The notes under the pieces were generated by a model. The model searched no databases. It was given only the letters and a program-made list of their open reading frames with translations, and had not been told where the DNA came from. Position numbers and translations under genes: made by a program. 64,000 nucleotides of DNA, taken from positions 8,184,001-8,248,000 of the forward strand of contig NC_043022.1 in the NCBI RefSeq assembly GCF_006345805.1. Direction: 5' to 3'. Of this stretch, positions 36,502 to 49,190 are shown in pieces; position 1 is the stretch's first letter; each line of letters starts with the position of its first letter. Source of the DNA: Octopus sinensis. Its lineage: Eukaryota.

Positions 36502-36873
36502 TTATTACCTCTGCCTTAGCGAAGGCACAGTGTGCTGTTTTCAGTCGCATTTGTTTGTTTGGCTGGGGACAAGATATCTCAAGAACCACTGGACGGATTC
36601 AGATGAAACTTTCAGGCATGTTCGGCCTCATAACTGACACAGACTGATTAGATTTTGGGATCGATCTGGTACCGGACAAGGATTCTGGATTATTTTTCCT
36701 GCTTTTTATTTCTTAATTTTTGCGAGCGGTTGGGTTCATTTTTAGTATTCTCGTTTGTGAGAGCAGTTGAGTTTATTTCAGATATTCTCATTTTAAAAAT
36801 CATCTCTGGCTAATCGTTGAGAAGACGTTGGTGTTGCCTTGGTGGAGGTTTGCACTCCCTGAGTGCTCTAGTT
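36502..36873 (+). mobile_element. Helentron-associated non-autonomous element (HINE/DINE-1-like)
   Basis: 5' ttatt-acctctgcc..aaggc subTIR, 3' gccttggtggaggt subTIR, then hairpin gcactc-cct-gagtgc (36852-36866) and tctagtt. Confidence 0.7.
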
Positions 36874-37138
36874 ATGTTATGTCGCATGTTCGGATGACCA
36901 CTACTCAACTATACTCTACTACTCTCTACTGTTCACTCTAGTCTTCTCCAACTCTCACCGCTACTCAACTGTTCTCTCCTACTACTCTCCTTGACGTCTG
37001 GACTTCTCCCTCTATATCTACGTATTGGGCTAGTCTACTTCATCATCTGGGGGCGTCCACTCAACAAGTTATTATTATTATTATATATGGTTGTGGCTAT
37101 GCTGGTCATGCTGGAGTATACATACATACATACATAGA

Positions 37139-37430
37139 GGAGGCACATGGCCTAGTGGTTAGAGCAGCGGACTCGCGGGTTTGAATCTCAGACCAGACAA
37201 TGTGTGTGTTTATGAGCGAAACACCTAAGCTCCACGCTGCTCCGGCAGAAGGTAATGGCGAAACTTCTGCTGACTCTTTCGCCACAGCTTTCTCTCACTC
37301 TTTCCTCCTGCATCTTGCAGCTCACCTGCGATGGACCGGCGTCCCGTCCAGGTGGGGAACCTATATGCCAAGAAACTGGGAAACTGGCCCTTATGAACCA
37401 GGCATGGCTCAAGAAGGAACAAGCAACAAC
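37139..37430 (+). mobile_element. tRNA-derived SINE family C
   Basis: High identity to 5461-5750; small deletion in the B-box arm. Confidence 0.85.
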
Positions 37431-37463
37431 ATACAAACATATATACATACATACATACATACA

Positions 37464-37495
<32 letters not shown>

Positions 37496-38280
37496 CATAT
37501 ATATATATATACATATATATATATACAAGTGGTATATATATACAACTGTTATGTGATGTCAGTAAGGAGACAGTAATGTTAGTTGAGGATGAAGTTCATT
37601 TGGTGAGCCTTTCTCTCCTATCATTTGGTTTCTTCCCTTTCTCTTCTGGTGGCTTGGAAGTTTTTGATTCTTATGGTGATGAACCACCACCACCACTTTG
37701 TATGATCTTGGGCTTGTGTTTCAAGTGATTTAGGCTCAAGTCCAGTGGCTTTCAGTGTTGGTTTAAGTTGGTTTCACGTTAAGAGAGAACTCCTTTGAAA
37801 CCAATGGTAGCTTTAACTCTTAAATAAAGAATTGTTATTCACCAATGCAGTGTTGGTCGCTCATTCTCATTGTTCAATATTAACAGAAAATGGATTTAAT
37901 GAGATACTTTATTCAAAGCTGCTATTATTGTTTCAGCATATTCTTGCACATGTAGTTCATATGTGAGATGTTGTGCAGTCAGTATCTTACATCCTATGTT
38001 TAGAATATGCTTCCTCAGGTTTAATTACATTTTCTGTCCAGGTGTACAATATGGCTCTTCAGGTGACTGTTTAATTCCATTTTCTGTCATTTATCTATTT
38101 ATATAATCTCTACAGACACTATGGAATTCCTGAAGTATATTCAGTAGCATGTGCATTTCTACTGTCTGATGACATTTGATAGCCAATAATTGTGGATGAG
38201 CTTTGCACAGCATTCTACAAAATTTTTACCTGAATCTCATTTGACTATGCATACACACACACAGACATACATATGTTAGT

Positions 38281-41200
38281 TTTTATCTTTTATCTTTTAT
38301 GGATTTCAGCCCGAGGTTGAGGCCATGCTGGTGCACCAGCTTTACTGTCTGGGGACTTTTCCAGTATTGCTTCTGGTGAAGTAGCAAGCTGGACATTGCC
38401 ATTTTTTTTTTGTGCCTCCTGTCGCAATGTGGGTTCATCTGGAATTGAAGATAAAAAGCTGTCCCGATGTTTTTTGAAGACTTCCATGTCTACACCTTGC
38501 ACATTCCTGATGTTCTGTGGTAGGGCATTAAAATGTTGCAGTCCTTTGAATCCCAAGCTATCACAATATTGGGTTCGTATCTTTGATGGAGTGGATGGGA
38601 CCTTTGGTACTGTGCATTGCCATCCAGTTCAGGGATTGTTGTAAATTTCAATTCCAAAATTTGGAGCCAGACCCTCTATTATCTTCCACATGTATAGCGC
38701 TGCATGTCTCTCATGTCTCCTCTCCAGGGAGCTGAGTCCTAGTTCCTTCAATCTCTCCCAGTACTCCATGTGTTTTACTGAGTCTGTCTTCTTTGTAAAG
38801 TGGCATTGAGTCGCTTCTAGTTCTGCAATTAGTTTTACACTCTGTGGGGAACACAGTTGGGAGCAGTAGTCCAGACGACTGAGGGCAAAGGTTCTCCACA
38901 GCAGAGGCATTGAGTCTCTGTTCCTAGCCCTGAAGGTTCTAAGGATCCAACCTGTCACCCGCCTGCATAGTGTTGCTGTCTGAGCAATGTGCTCATGGAA
39001 AGTTGCGTTGTTGCTCATGTGGATTCCCAAGTCATGCACCAACTCTAACTCTGGGGTTACATTGCTTGCTGGTCCTGTGTACTTCAGCTGTAGTTTGTTC
39101 GTGGGCTGATAGCAGAGTGCTTGAAGTTTTGCACCATTGAACTACATATTATTCTCATCATCCCATTTATATATTGTGTTCAGGTCATTCTGCAGTCTTA
39201 GAATGTCAGTAGGATCCTTGACCGCTTGCGATACTTTTGTATCATCAGCATAGTTGGTGAGTGTGGCTGACTCTATGGCTGAGGGCATGTCTGAGATAGC
39301 AACTACAAGCAGTAGTGGACCCAGCACTGTTCCCTGGGGGACTCCACTGATATTGGTGTCACTTCAGAGAGAGCACCATTTGCTGTGAGAGCCTGATTTC
39401 TTCCCCTTAGGAAATCATGCAGCCACTCTCCCAGTCATGCAATTTGTGACATACCGTCCTATGACCAACTTTGTCAAACGCCATGGCCAAGTTGTGATAT
39501 CCACACTTGAATGGTTGAGCTGTTGTTTTAGTATCCGGTTGAAGTGTTGTAGTAACTGTGTTAGGCAGCTCCGTCCAGGACAGAAACCATGTTGCCTGTC
39601 TGTAAGCAAGTCATTTTCCTCTAGGAAAGCGGTCAGTCTTTTTCTGACAATGCGTTCCATGATCTTGCTGACACGAGGTCAGAGAGATAGGTCTGTAGTT
39701 CACAGTATCTGCTTTGCTTCCTCTTTTGTGGACAGGACAGATTATTCCTTCTTTTAACATTTGAGGAAATGTATCGCATTCAAGGGAACTCTGGAAAAGC
39801 ATTTGGAGTTGTTTTGCAAGAGCTTTCTTGCATGTTTTTAACAGAATTTTTGGGAGCCCATTGGGGCCTGTTGCAGAGTTGGGCTTATCTCATCAATGGC
39901 CAACAATACATCCTCTTCTGTAATGTCAATGTAATTGATGGTTGCCTTTTTCTCTTGTAGGTTAGAGGTGTTGAAGAACTCATCAGGTTTGCTTATTTTC
40001 ATGTTTTCTAGTGGGGAGGTGAAAGCGCTTTGGAATTGTTTATCAAGTGCTTCACTTATCCTCTTGGGGTCTGCAATCAATGAGCCCTTTTCATCAAACA
40101 GTGGCCCTATCCTGTATTGCACTGAGACAGACACTCTTGCGAGCTTGTAGATGGCTTTAGGGTTGCTTTTTATATTTTCCACTGCCCTGGCTTCCCTGTT
40201 TGCCCTTTCTTTTTCATGGGACAGTCTGATTTTATTCTCGGTCTCTAGGAGTGCCATTTTGAGGTAAAGCTTATTGCTGTCATTAGGCTCTTTGTTTAAG
40301 CAATTCGAGATCTTTATCTTCCATCTCATTAGATTCTTCTATTATGGGGAATAATGTTCTTGCGTGTGGTGGCTTTCTTCTCTGGGACAAACTTAGTGCA
40401 TATGGCTTGCATTATAGACAATAATTCATTGAATTTCATGTCAGTGTCTTGCATGGACAGACTTAAGCCAGTTTTGCTGGAGTATCTCTTTGTTGATGGA
40501 CTTACAGTCAGCCTTGTAGAAGTTCAGGTTGGCTTGCACTTGGAATCCATCAAAGCTGTATGATTCTTTACTTAGCTTTGGACCATATATTGACAGTTCT
40601 ATCCTGTTATGGTCTGAGTGGGTAGACACTGATATGTTTATGTTGTGGACAAGGTCTATATTCTTTTCTACTCTAGACACAAGGCTTGAAATTTAGGGGG
40701 AGGGGATCATTCGATTAGATTGACCCTAGTACTCAACTGGTACTTAATTTGATCCCAAAAGGATGAAAGGTCTATATGGTTTGTGAAGCAGAGGTCCAGG
40801 ATGTTGTTATTTCTGGTTGGGGAAAGTATGATCTGCTCCATGAACATCGTTTCCATGAGATCTACTAGAGATCCTACTTCATTGCATTACTTTTGTGTCT
40901 GTCTTAAGGTTATGACACCTTTGGGATATCTGATGTTAGGGAAGTTGAAGTCACCCATCAGAAGTATAATAAGGCATTGGGCTAGGTTTGTGAGTACTTC
41001 TTTTATCTTTGTAAGACATTCTTCATCTTGCCATCAAAGTTTGAGGCATCAGGTGGGCGGTATAATGTGCATATTATAAAGGCGGTGAGCTGGCAGAAAC
41101 GTTTGCACGCCGGGCGAAATGCGTAGCCAAATTTCGTCTGCCATTACGTTCTGAGTTCAAATTCCGCCGAGGTCGACTTTGCTTTTCATCCTTTTGGGGG

Positions 41201-41575
41201 TCGATAAATTAAGTACCAGTTATGCACTGGGGTCGATATAATTGACTTTATCCGTTTATCTGTTCTTGTTTAGCCCCTTGTGGGTAATAAAGAAATAGGT
41301 ATAATGTGCATATTACCACGTCAAATTGCTTATGATGTACTATGAGTATGTTACAGACCGCATTCAAATACGACAGCAGTGTCAATGCTGTGATAACTTC
41401 ATGAATGTACATGGCAATTCTACCATGACTTCCCTCTTTTCTGTCTGTGTGGAACACAGTGTACATTGGTACATGTATCTCCGCGTCATGTATGTCGGCA
41501 GACAGATGAGTCTCTGTGAGTGCAATGCATACAGCTTGATTACACACAGACAGTTCTCCGTGTATATGCATATAT
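38281..41575 (-). pseudogene. CR1-group LINE ORF2 pseudogene (APE endonuclease plus reverse transcriptase), multiply frameshifted, interrupted by SINEs
   Basis: APE: IALTETHL, GDFN (~40965), SDHN. RT: NYRPISL, QHGFCPGRSCLTQL, SGVPQGTVLGPLL, YADDTK, LQNDLN, YWERLKELGLSSLERR. 3' tail (ATAAAAG)n at 38281-38300. Confidence 0.9.
41077..41297 (+). mobile_element. SINE family B with 18-bp TSD, inserted in the LINE
   Basis: TSD ggtataatgtgcatatta at 41059-41076 and 41298-41315. Confidence 0.92.
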
Positions 41576-42619
41576 ATCTATTTATATATGTATGTATGTG
41601 TGTGTATATATATATATGTGTGTGTGTGTGTGCGTGTATATATATATATATATATATATTCACACTTATCTATCCCACACTCACATATGACACATAGGTA
41701 CACATATGCACAAATATAAACAGATTTACAATGCATTCACAAAAATTAGTGAATATTTGCAAACACAATGAAGGAAAGGAAGAAATACACACACACACAC
41801 ACAAAATGAAGAAAGAAACACACATACAGATACACAAATAAATACACACCTTCACACACACACAAATACACAAACAGACTTACACACAAGCATGCACACA
41901 CTCATACACACACAAACACACTGACATTTACAAAGACACTTATACACAAGCATGCACACACGTACACACCCACACCTTCACATAAACGCACACACAAATC
42001 CACATAAATGTACATACACAAACACACATACATGCAAAGACACACATATCGGGAAAAAAATGAATTTCAAATAAAAAAAAACACTGTTTCTGAAATGGAC
42101 AGGTCAAGCATAAAACAAATGGTGGATATGACAAAATATTTAAATCTAATGGCAGTGGTGCATCTCAAATGCATTGGAAAGAGAGAAATACTACAACAAC
42201 AACAACAACAACAACAACGATAATCATGATACAAGACGTTTTTGTTTCAGTTTTATGCGTGTGTGTTTATTATTTTCTTATTGTTGGTATTTAAAAAAAA
42301 TATTTCTTTCCTTATATAAAAAAAAAACTGTTTGACAAAAGTTATCCCCCCAAAAAAGAAAGAAAAAAGATACATTGCTAACCAAGTACATATTCAACAT
42401 TAAAAACTAAATTGAAGAAAGTATTTTAAAGAAAAATTTGATTCTAAAAGCTTTCACACTCTCTCATTCACTCTCTCATTCTCTCTCTCTTCCCATATGT
42501 AAATTTATCTGTTCAACCTCTCTATATCTATGTATTTATATTACACTAGTTAGCTCACATATTTCTCTCATTCTCTTTTCTCTCTGTCTATATTCCTGTC
42601 TCTCTCTCTTTCTCAACAC

Positions 42620-42744
42620 ACAAACACACACTCACACCTATACATATACATAAATACATATACATATATATATGTATACACACACATACGCACACACATA
42701 CACACACACGTATACATGTATATGTTTATATATATATATATATG

Positions 42745-42794
<50 letters not shown>

Positions 42795-42816
42795 CACATA
42801 CCATACATATATATAT

Positions 42817-42890
<74 letters not shown>

Positions 42891-43392
42891 TATAGGTCTC
42901 TCCACACCTATGTATATATTAATCTGGTTAGCTATCATACTTTCTGTCCTTCTCTCTCTATTTCTATCTCTCGCTTTCTCCCTTGTTCTATCTCTCTCCC
43001 TCTCTCTCTCTATTCTCTCCCTCTCCTCCTCTCTCTTTTTCTCTGTGTCTGTCTGTTTAAAGTTTTTTTTAAACTATGCAAAAGAAAGAATGTTAGCCAT
43101 TTAGCAATTTATAACTTTGACATCTTTCAAGCGAATGGCAAGAACAAAGGAATGAATGGGAACTTTTTCCTTTCTTTTCCTTCTTTCCTTTACTTTGTAC
43201 TCAAAGATTTACCGTTCCGAGGAAAATTCTTTGATAAAAATTTATATATTTCTTGTTAAATTCATTATATATTTTATTTTGTTAAACATATACCCTTACA
43301 CACGCGTAAAATACACAGACACATATGCACACATATATATATTAAAAAAAATTTTAATAATGTATATACATATATATATGCTATATTATCTA

Positions 43393-43471
<79 letters not shown>

Positions 43472-43574
43472 GTAGGTATGTATGTATGTATGTGTATATA
43501 TATGTACATATATACAAGTATATGTAGGTATATATATATATATATATGTATGGTTGTATATATATATATGTATG

Positions 43575-43649
<75 letters not shown>

Positions 43650-43700
43650 GAATGTATACATACATATATATACACACACATATATCTGCAGTCTACACAC
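42620..43700. repeat. Extended (TA)n/(TACA)n microsatellite blocks
   Basis: Visible directly; similar blocks at 13880-14300, 51030-52260 and 58490-59420. Confidence 0.9.
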
Positions 43701-44214
43701 ACACCTATACAACACACATATTGTATTGTAAAAGAAAAGGAATTGTAACAATACATGAAAAAAAATTTTTCCTTTTTTTTTTCAAAGTGTCAACAAAAAT
43801 AAAAAGAAATGAAACACTGTGTTTTTTTTGTTTTCGCAAGAATACTAAACATTAAAATATATTAGTAAACAAAACTGTCCTTTGTCACTTCTGATCATAC
43901 ATTAAATGCAGATTTTTGTTTGTTTGATTCTGTGTTTACATTATTTGACTTGCTTTTATTAAAGTATTTAGATAGCCGCGACATGTGTGATTTGGCAGGT
44001 GGTATTTAGCTGATATTTCTAGCAGGCCACACAGCCACATTAAGGTTGTGAGCTGGTGTGGTTGTGTGGTAGAAGTTTACTCCTCGACTGTATGGTCTGT
44101 GGTTCAGTTCCACAGCGTGGCACCTTGGGCAAGTGTCTTCAACTATGACACAAGGATGACCACTGCTTTGTATGAGGATTTGGCAGATGAAAACTGAAAG
44201 ACGCCTGTTGTATA

Positions 44215-44396
44215 TACTCTTTTACTCTTTTATTTGTTTCAGTCATTTAGTCGAGCAAATTGACCCCGGGACTTATTCTTTGTAAGCCTAGTACTTATTC
44301 TATCGGTTTTTTTTTGCCGAACCACTAAGTTACGGGGACGTAAACATACCAGCATCGGTTGTCAAGCGATAGTGGGGGGGGACAAACACAGACACA

Positions 44397-44470
<74 letters not shown>

Positions 44471-44655
44471 ATATATATAAATATATATATACGACGGGCT
44501 TCTTTCAGTTTCTGTCTATCAAATCCACTCACAAGGCTTTGGTCGGCCCGAGGCTATAGTAGAAGACACTTGCCCAAGGTGCCACGCAGTTGGACTGAAC
44601 CCAGAACCATGTGGTCGGTAAGCAAGCTACTTACCACACAGCCACTCCTACGCCT
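44215..44655 (-). mobile_element. SINE family A, near full length
   Basis: Near-consensus match to 61661-62308 (minus the MITE). Confidence 0.88.
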
Positions 44656-45143
44656 GTATATGTATTTATATATGTATATGTATTTATTACATGTATATGT
44701 ATTTATGCATGTATGTGTTTGTGTACGTATGTGTGTTTGTGTACGTATGTGTGTGTGTGTGTGTGTTTGTGTGTGTTGCGTGTATGCGTATGTATGTGTG
44801 TGTGTATGTATGTTTGTGTTACTGTCTCCTTGACTTCATGAGACTGATTTAACATGTCTGGCCATCGGAAACATTATCTTGCTTAGGAACGGGTGAGGGT
44901 TGGCAAGAGGAAGGCCATGCAGCCACAGGAAATCCACCTCGACTACTTCCATCTGACCCACGCAAGGCATGGAGAAGCGGTTGTTAGATGATGATGATGA
45001 TGATGATGATGAAGATGATGATGTTCCCATCTACATGGTGCCAGATTCAGTCCTACTGCATAGCACCTTGGGATGGTCTCCTCAACTATAGGCCTGGGCT
45101 GCCCAAAGCCTTGTGAGTGGATTTTGTGGACAGAAACTGAAAG

Positions 45144-45363
45144 GCAGAAATGTTAGCACACCAGGTGAAATGCTTAGCAGTATTTCGTCTGTCTTTACGT
45201 TCTGTGTTCAAATTCCGCCGAGGTCGACTTTGTCTTTCATCCTTTCAGGGTCGATAAATTAAGTACCAGTTATGCACTGGGCGTTGATGTAATCAACTTA
45301 ATCCCTTTGTCTGTCCTTGTCTGTCCCCTCTGTGTTTAGCCTCCTGTGGGCAATAAAGAAATA
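45144..45363 (+). mobile_element. SINE family B, slightly 5'-truncated, with 12-bp TSD
   Basis: TSD agaaactgaaag at 45132-45143 and 45364-45375. Confidence 0.85.
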
Positions 45364-45899
45364 AGAAACTGAAAGAACAATACTCAGGAAGACCTGAATT
45401 TCACAGCAGAGGTGTCAAGACCATTCCCTCTGGTGGTGTAAAGCACTCATGGTGGTTCCACATAAAACAACTTGAGTGGTGCCACTTAAAAGTGCCCATG
45501 TGGTGCTATGTAAAAGTGCCCATGAAGTGCCACATAAAAGCACCTGTATGGTACCACATAAAGGCACCTGTGCAGTGCCATGTAAAAGCACCCAGTACAT
45601 TCTGTAAAGTGGTTGGTATCAGGAAGGGCATCCATCCATAGAAACCATGCTAAATCAGACTAGAACATGGGACAGCTCCCCAACTACCCAGCTCTGGTCA
45701 AACCATCCAACCCAGGCCAGCATAGATAATGGGCATTAAATGATGATGATGATGATAATGATATATATTTATCTATATATATTGAGGTTATGAGAGGTAA
45801 TGGTGTCAATAAGACCCAAAGGTGCCAGGTAATGCTGAGTAAGTGCTTTGGACAGACTATAGTTAATCTCCAGGTTTGGTGATTATGCAAATGAGGAGT

Positions 45900-46330
45900 C
45901 TAATGTAGGTCATATATTAGCATGCATATATATAAAAAATTAACAGAACGAGGTAAAAATCCAAGGCTGTGAAAGATTTCAGAATATTTATAATGAGAAG
46001 GCCTTACAGCTGTTTCAGGGATATTTTATATAACCCTTCATCGGAGATGGTGCGAGAAAAGGAATAAGCAATAGTTATTCTAGAGAAGATATGAAATAGA
46101 GAGTGAAGTGGAGGAATGAAAACAGACGTGAGATATGCAGGGATATTGTATCTGCAGTTCCATTGCTTAAGCAGATTGGTATACATATAAGATTCCTGTG
46201 CCTTGTGTGTAAGTTCCAAAAGTATTTAAAATTGTTCATTCCAACGACCAATTTTAGTTGGGTCAAGTGAGTCTCTTGCAACTCTGAGTTTTGCCAATGG
46301 TTGTTGCACAGGGTCTACAAGTAGGTTAAT
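45900..46330 (-). mobile_element. Penelope-like 3' end relic with hammerhead-like motif
   Basis: Weak GIY-YIG-terminus-like peptide (HKAQESYMYTNLLKQWN) followed by the motif at 46002-46047. Confidence 0.5.
46002..46047 (-). ncRNA. Minimal type I hammerhead-like motif (core variant CCGATGA)
   Basis: CCGATGA-AGGG(ttatataaaatat)CCCT-GAAA-CAGCTGT-A: palindromic stem III ACAGCTGT, GUA triplet, short stem I (tct/agg). Confidence 0.55.
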
Positions 46331-46656
46331 GGAAAATATAAAAAATGCTAGAAACAACAACAATCATGTTTTCTGTCAACTCTTCCATGTCATCTTTCCT
46401 TCCACACTTTTTTTCTGAGCTATTTTATCATTAACACATAATTAACATGGAAGAACCACTCAGCCTGGAGAACATTGAACTTCTTGTATGGTAGAAATAG
46501 TTGCTGTCATTACTAATATTACATATTACATAAATGTATATACATACATACATACATACATATACATACATACATACATACATATATACATACATATATA
46601 TATATGTATATATGTATATATATACACACACATATATATATATGCATGTATATATG

Positions 46657-46692
<36 letters not shown>

Positions 46693-46693
<1 letters not shown>

Positions 46694-47089
46694 TAGCAGT
46701 ATCGCCCGGCGTTGCTCGGGTTTGTAAGGGAAATAACTATATAAGCATTTTTAGAGAGTTATAGCCAAAAAATAGGAAAAAAATGCATTAAAAATGGAAA
46801 AAAAATTAAGGTAAATTTCTTTTTAAATCGTTGACACATCGTAGATATTTTTAGAGAGTTACTTCCCTTATATAATAGCGAAAAAAATGCATTAAAATGG
46901 AAAAATATGATGGTAAATTTTTTAAAATCGTAGACTCATCGTAGACGCGCGCTAATACCCAGAAGGGCTCGATATGACTCACTACTATAAGATACCCGGT
47001 TTTGGTTACACTGCACCGCAAAATGTGGGAGTAGTTACGAATCTAAATCGTAGGAGACAGACACACAACTTCACTCTTATATATAAAGA
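46693..47089 (-). mobile_element. Short non-autonomous Helitron (same family as 17644-18139)
   Basis: A|TCTTTATATATAAG..hairpin cccgagcaacgccggg..CTAG|T. Confidence 0.88.
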
Positions 47090-47192
47090 TATGTCACGTA
47101 GTTATATACACATACTTTGTTATATACACATTCTTAAAAGAAAATGTTATTTTGAATACATTTATAAAGAATAAAATATTTTTTGGTTTTTC

Positions 47193-47260
47193 TTAACCCT
47201 TTCCTTACTATATTTCTGACCAAAATACACCCCTTATGTGTTTCAATTAATTTCTAACGT
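47193..47260 (+). mobile_element. Possible orphan piggyBac-type terminus
   Basis: TTAA (47193-47196) followed by CCCTTTCCTTACTATATTTCTG; no matching second end found. Confidence 0.3.
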
Positions 47261-47899
47261 AATCATAAATTTAGTCTGGTTTCATTAAATAACAATAACT
47301 TTTTTATTTATCGATATATTAATGTGATTTTTGGAAGATAATTTAATGAAATATTCTCAACCAATTCTATACTATAATTTTTGTCACAAAGTGACTGTAA
47401 TTGCAGGTAGATACAGGTAAATTCAACAATATATAAAATTATTAAAATTTTGTTCAAACATTGCTATAGAAAATGGGTTATTAGCTAATATTCAATTGGG
47501 TATACAACAAAATTTTACGATAGAATTTGTTATTCTGGGTAACTTTCTGATACCCATAATAATATTTATGGCAAAATAGGCCTTAATTTAATTTAAGGTT
47601 GTGGGAAATAACAAACTATCCTTTCTTTCGTTTTGTTTACATTTAGCGTAACGGTTCGTTTCTGCCGTAATGATTTTAAATAGGCTCATTCGAAAAAGTA
47701 AAAAGAAATAGTCTAAGGCTTTACTCTTCTGGGAAAGTCTGTGGCTTGGTGCAGTTTCTTCAGAAAAATCACCGAAAGAAACAGTTTTTAAATTTTCACT
47801 CCATTCAGGTACCAATTCATTTTCTTAATCGCTGTCGGATTCACTGTTTTCACTTTAATAGCTGCAAACTTGCAAAGACAAAGGAGGAGAAGGGTGATA

Positions 47900-48170
47900 G
47901 CGTCAGTGAAACAATTCGCTCCCTTTGTGTGTGTGTGCGTTTGCGTGTGGTGTATCCCACATTAAGAAAAACATTTGACATATACACCAGAATGTGAGTT
48001 TTCTCTAAATTTTGCTTAATTGGAGTTTAAATTTTAAAAACTGGACCTGGCATGACCTGATGCATTCTACTCTTAAAAATGCTAGGTAAATTGTAATTGA
48101 AGAAATCCTATATTGTAGATTTCTATAAGTTACAAAGGGAGGCAGATAAAATCTGCCTTTTATAATAAGA
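47900..48170 (-). mobile_element. 5' part of a third Helitron-like family
   Basis: Minus strand starts TCTTATTATAAAAGGCAGATTTTATCTGCCT (8-bp hairpin near the 5' end); ~250 bp shared with 49715-49971. Confidence 0.6.
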
Positions 48171-48807
48171 CTAGCAGTATCGCCCGGCGTTGCTCGGGTT
48201 TGTAAGGGAAATAACTATATAAGCATTTTTAGAGAGTTATAGCCAAAAAATAGCAAAAAATGCATTAAAAATGGAAAAAATATGATGGTAAATTTTTTTT
48301 TAAATCGTTGACTCATCGTAGACATTTTTAGAGAGTTACTTCCCTTATATAATAGCGAAAAAATGCATTAAAATGGAAAAAAAACGATGGTAAATTTTTT
48401 TTTAAATCGTAGACTCATGTAGACGCTTTCTTAGCCATTTCTGTTTTGGTGTCTTCAAGCCATGAAGTCGTTGTTCTAAAAGAACACTGGTCTCCTTGAC
48501 AACGCATTACGACGTTGATTTCCTTACACTCCCTTCCCCACAGGTGCAGGTGTGAGCGTGGACGCCAACTCCGCTGCCATCGACACACGAAAAATTATGC
48601 ATTAAAATGGAAAAAAAAATGATGTTAAATTATTTTTAAAATCGTAGACTCATCGTAGACGCGCGCTAATATTCAGACGGGCTCGATATGAATCACGACT
48701 ATAAGCTACCCGAATTTGGTTAAACTGTACCGCAAAATGTGGGAGTAGTTAGGAATCTAAATCGAAGGGGACAGACACTCACACAACTACAGTTTTATAT
48801 ATATAGA
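48171..48807 (-). mobile_element. Non-autonomous Helitron, internal-deletion variant of 17644-18653
   Basis: A|TCTATATATATAAAACTG at 48807, CTAG at 48174-48171; lacks the inner 5' end. Confidence 0.85.
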
Positions 48808-48819
48808 TATACATAGCGC

Positions 48820-49190
48820 AGTAGTGGTGAGATATGACAGCAAAGAAAAGCATACATTCACTCTCTGCATGCAATTAGACTCGGAAAGTTCGTGAGGAAC
48901 CCATTGACCCAATTTTCTGACTTTTCCGATAGCACACAGGTGTCAATGAATGGTTGAATGACCAAATCCAAGCTTCTCTGCTAGTTCCTCAACAGTTACG
49001 ATGATATTTTGTTCCACCAGGGTTTTCAGGATGTCCTTGTCGAGTTCTACAGATCTTTCAGGATGAGGCTCGTCTTCTAGGCTGTAGTTTATGGCTCGGG
49101 ATTTCTGGAACCACCATTGACACTGCCTTACGCTTATTGTCCAATCCCCATATACTGCATTAATATTTCTTGTACTTTGCACACATTTAT
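48820..49190 (-). pseudogene. Mariner transposase N-terminal relic
   Basis: TRNINAVYGD..RQCQWWFQK..LEDEP..VEELAEKLG..GKVRKLGQWVPHEL (intact WVPHEL motif). Confidence 0.8.

Noticed and set aside
45465-45592. CRISPR-like run of ~16-bp repeats (gtgccacataaaagca) with variable spacers; also at 31155-31280
   Set aside because: Repeats are degenerate, spacers are only ~9 bp, there are no cas genes, and it is an internal tandem region of a multi-copy eukaryotic SINE-like family.
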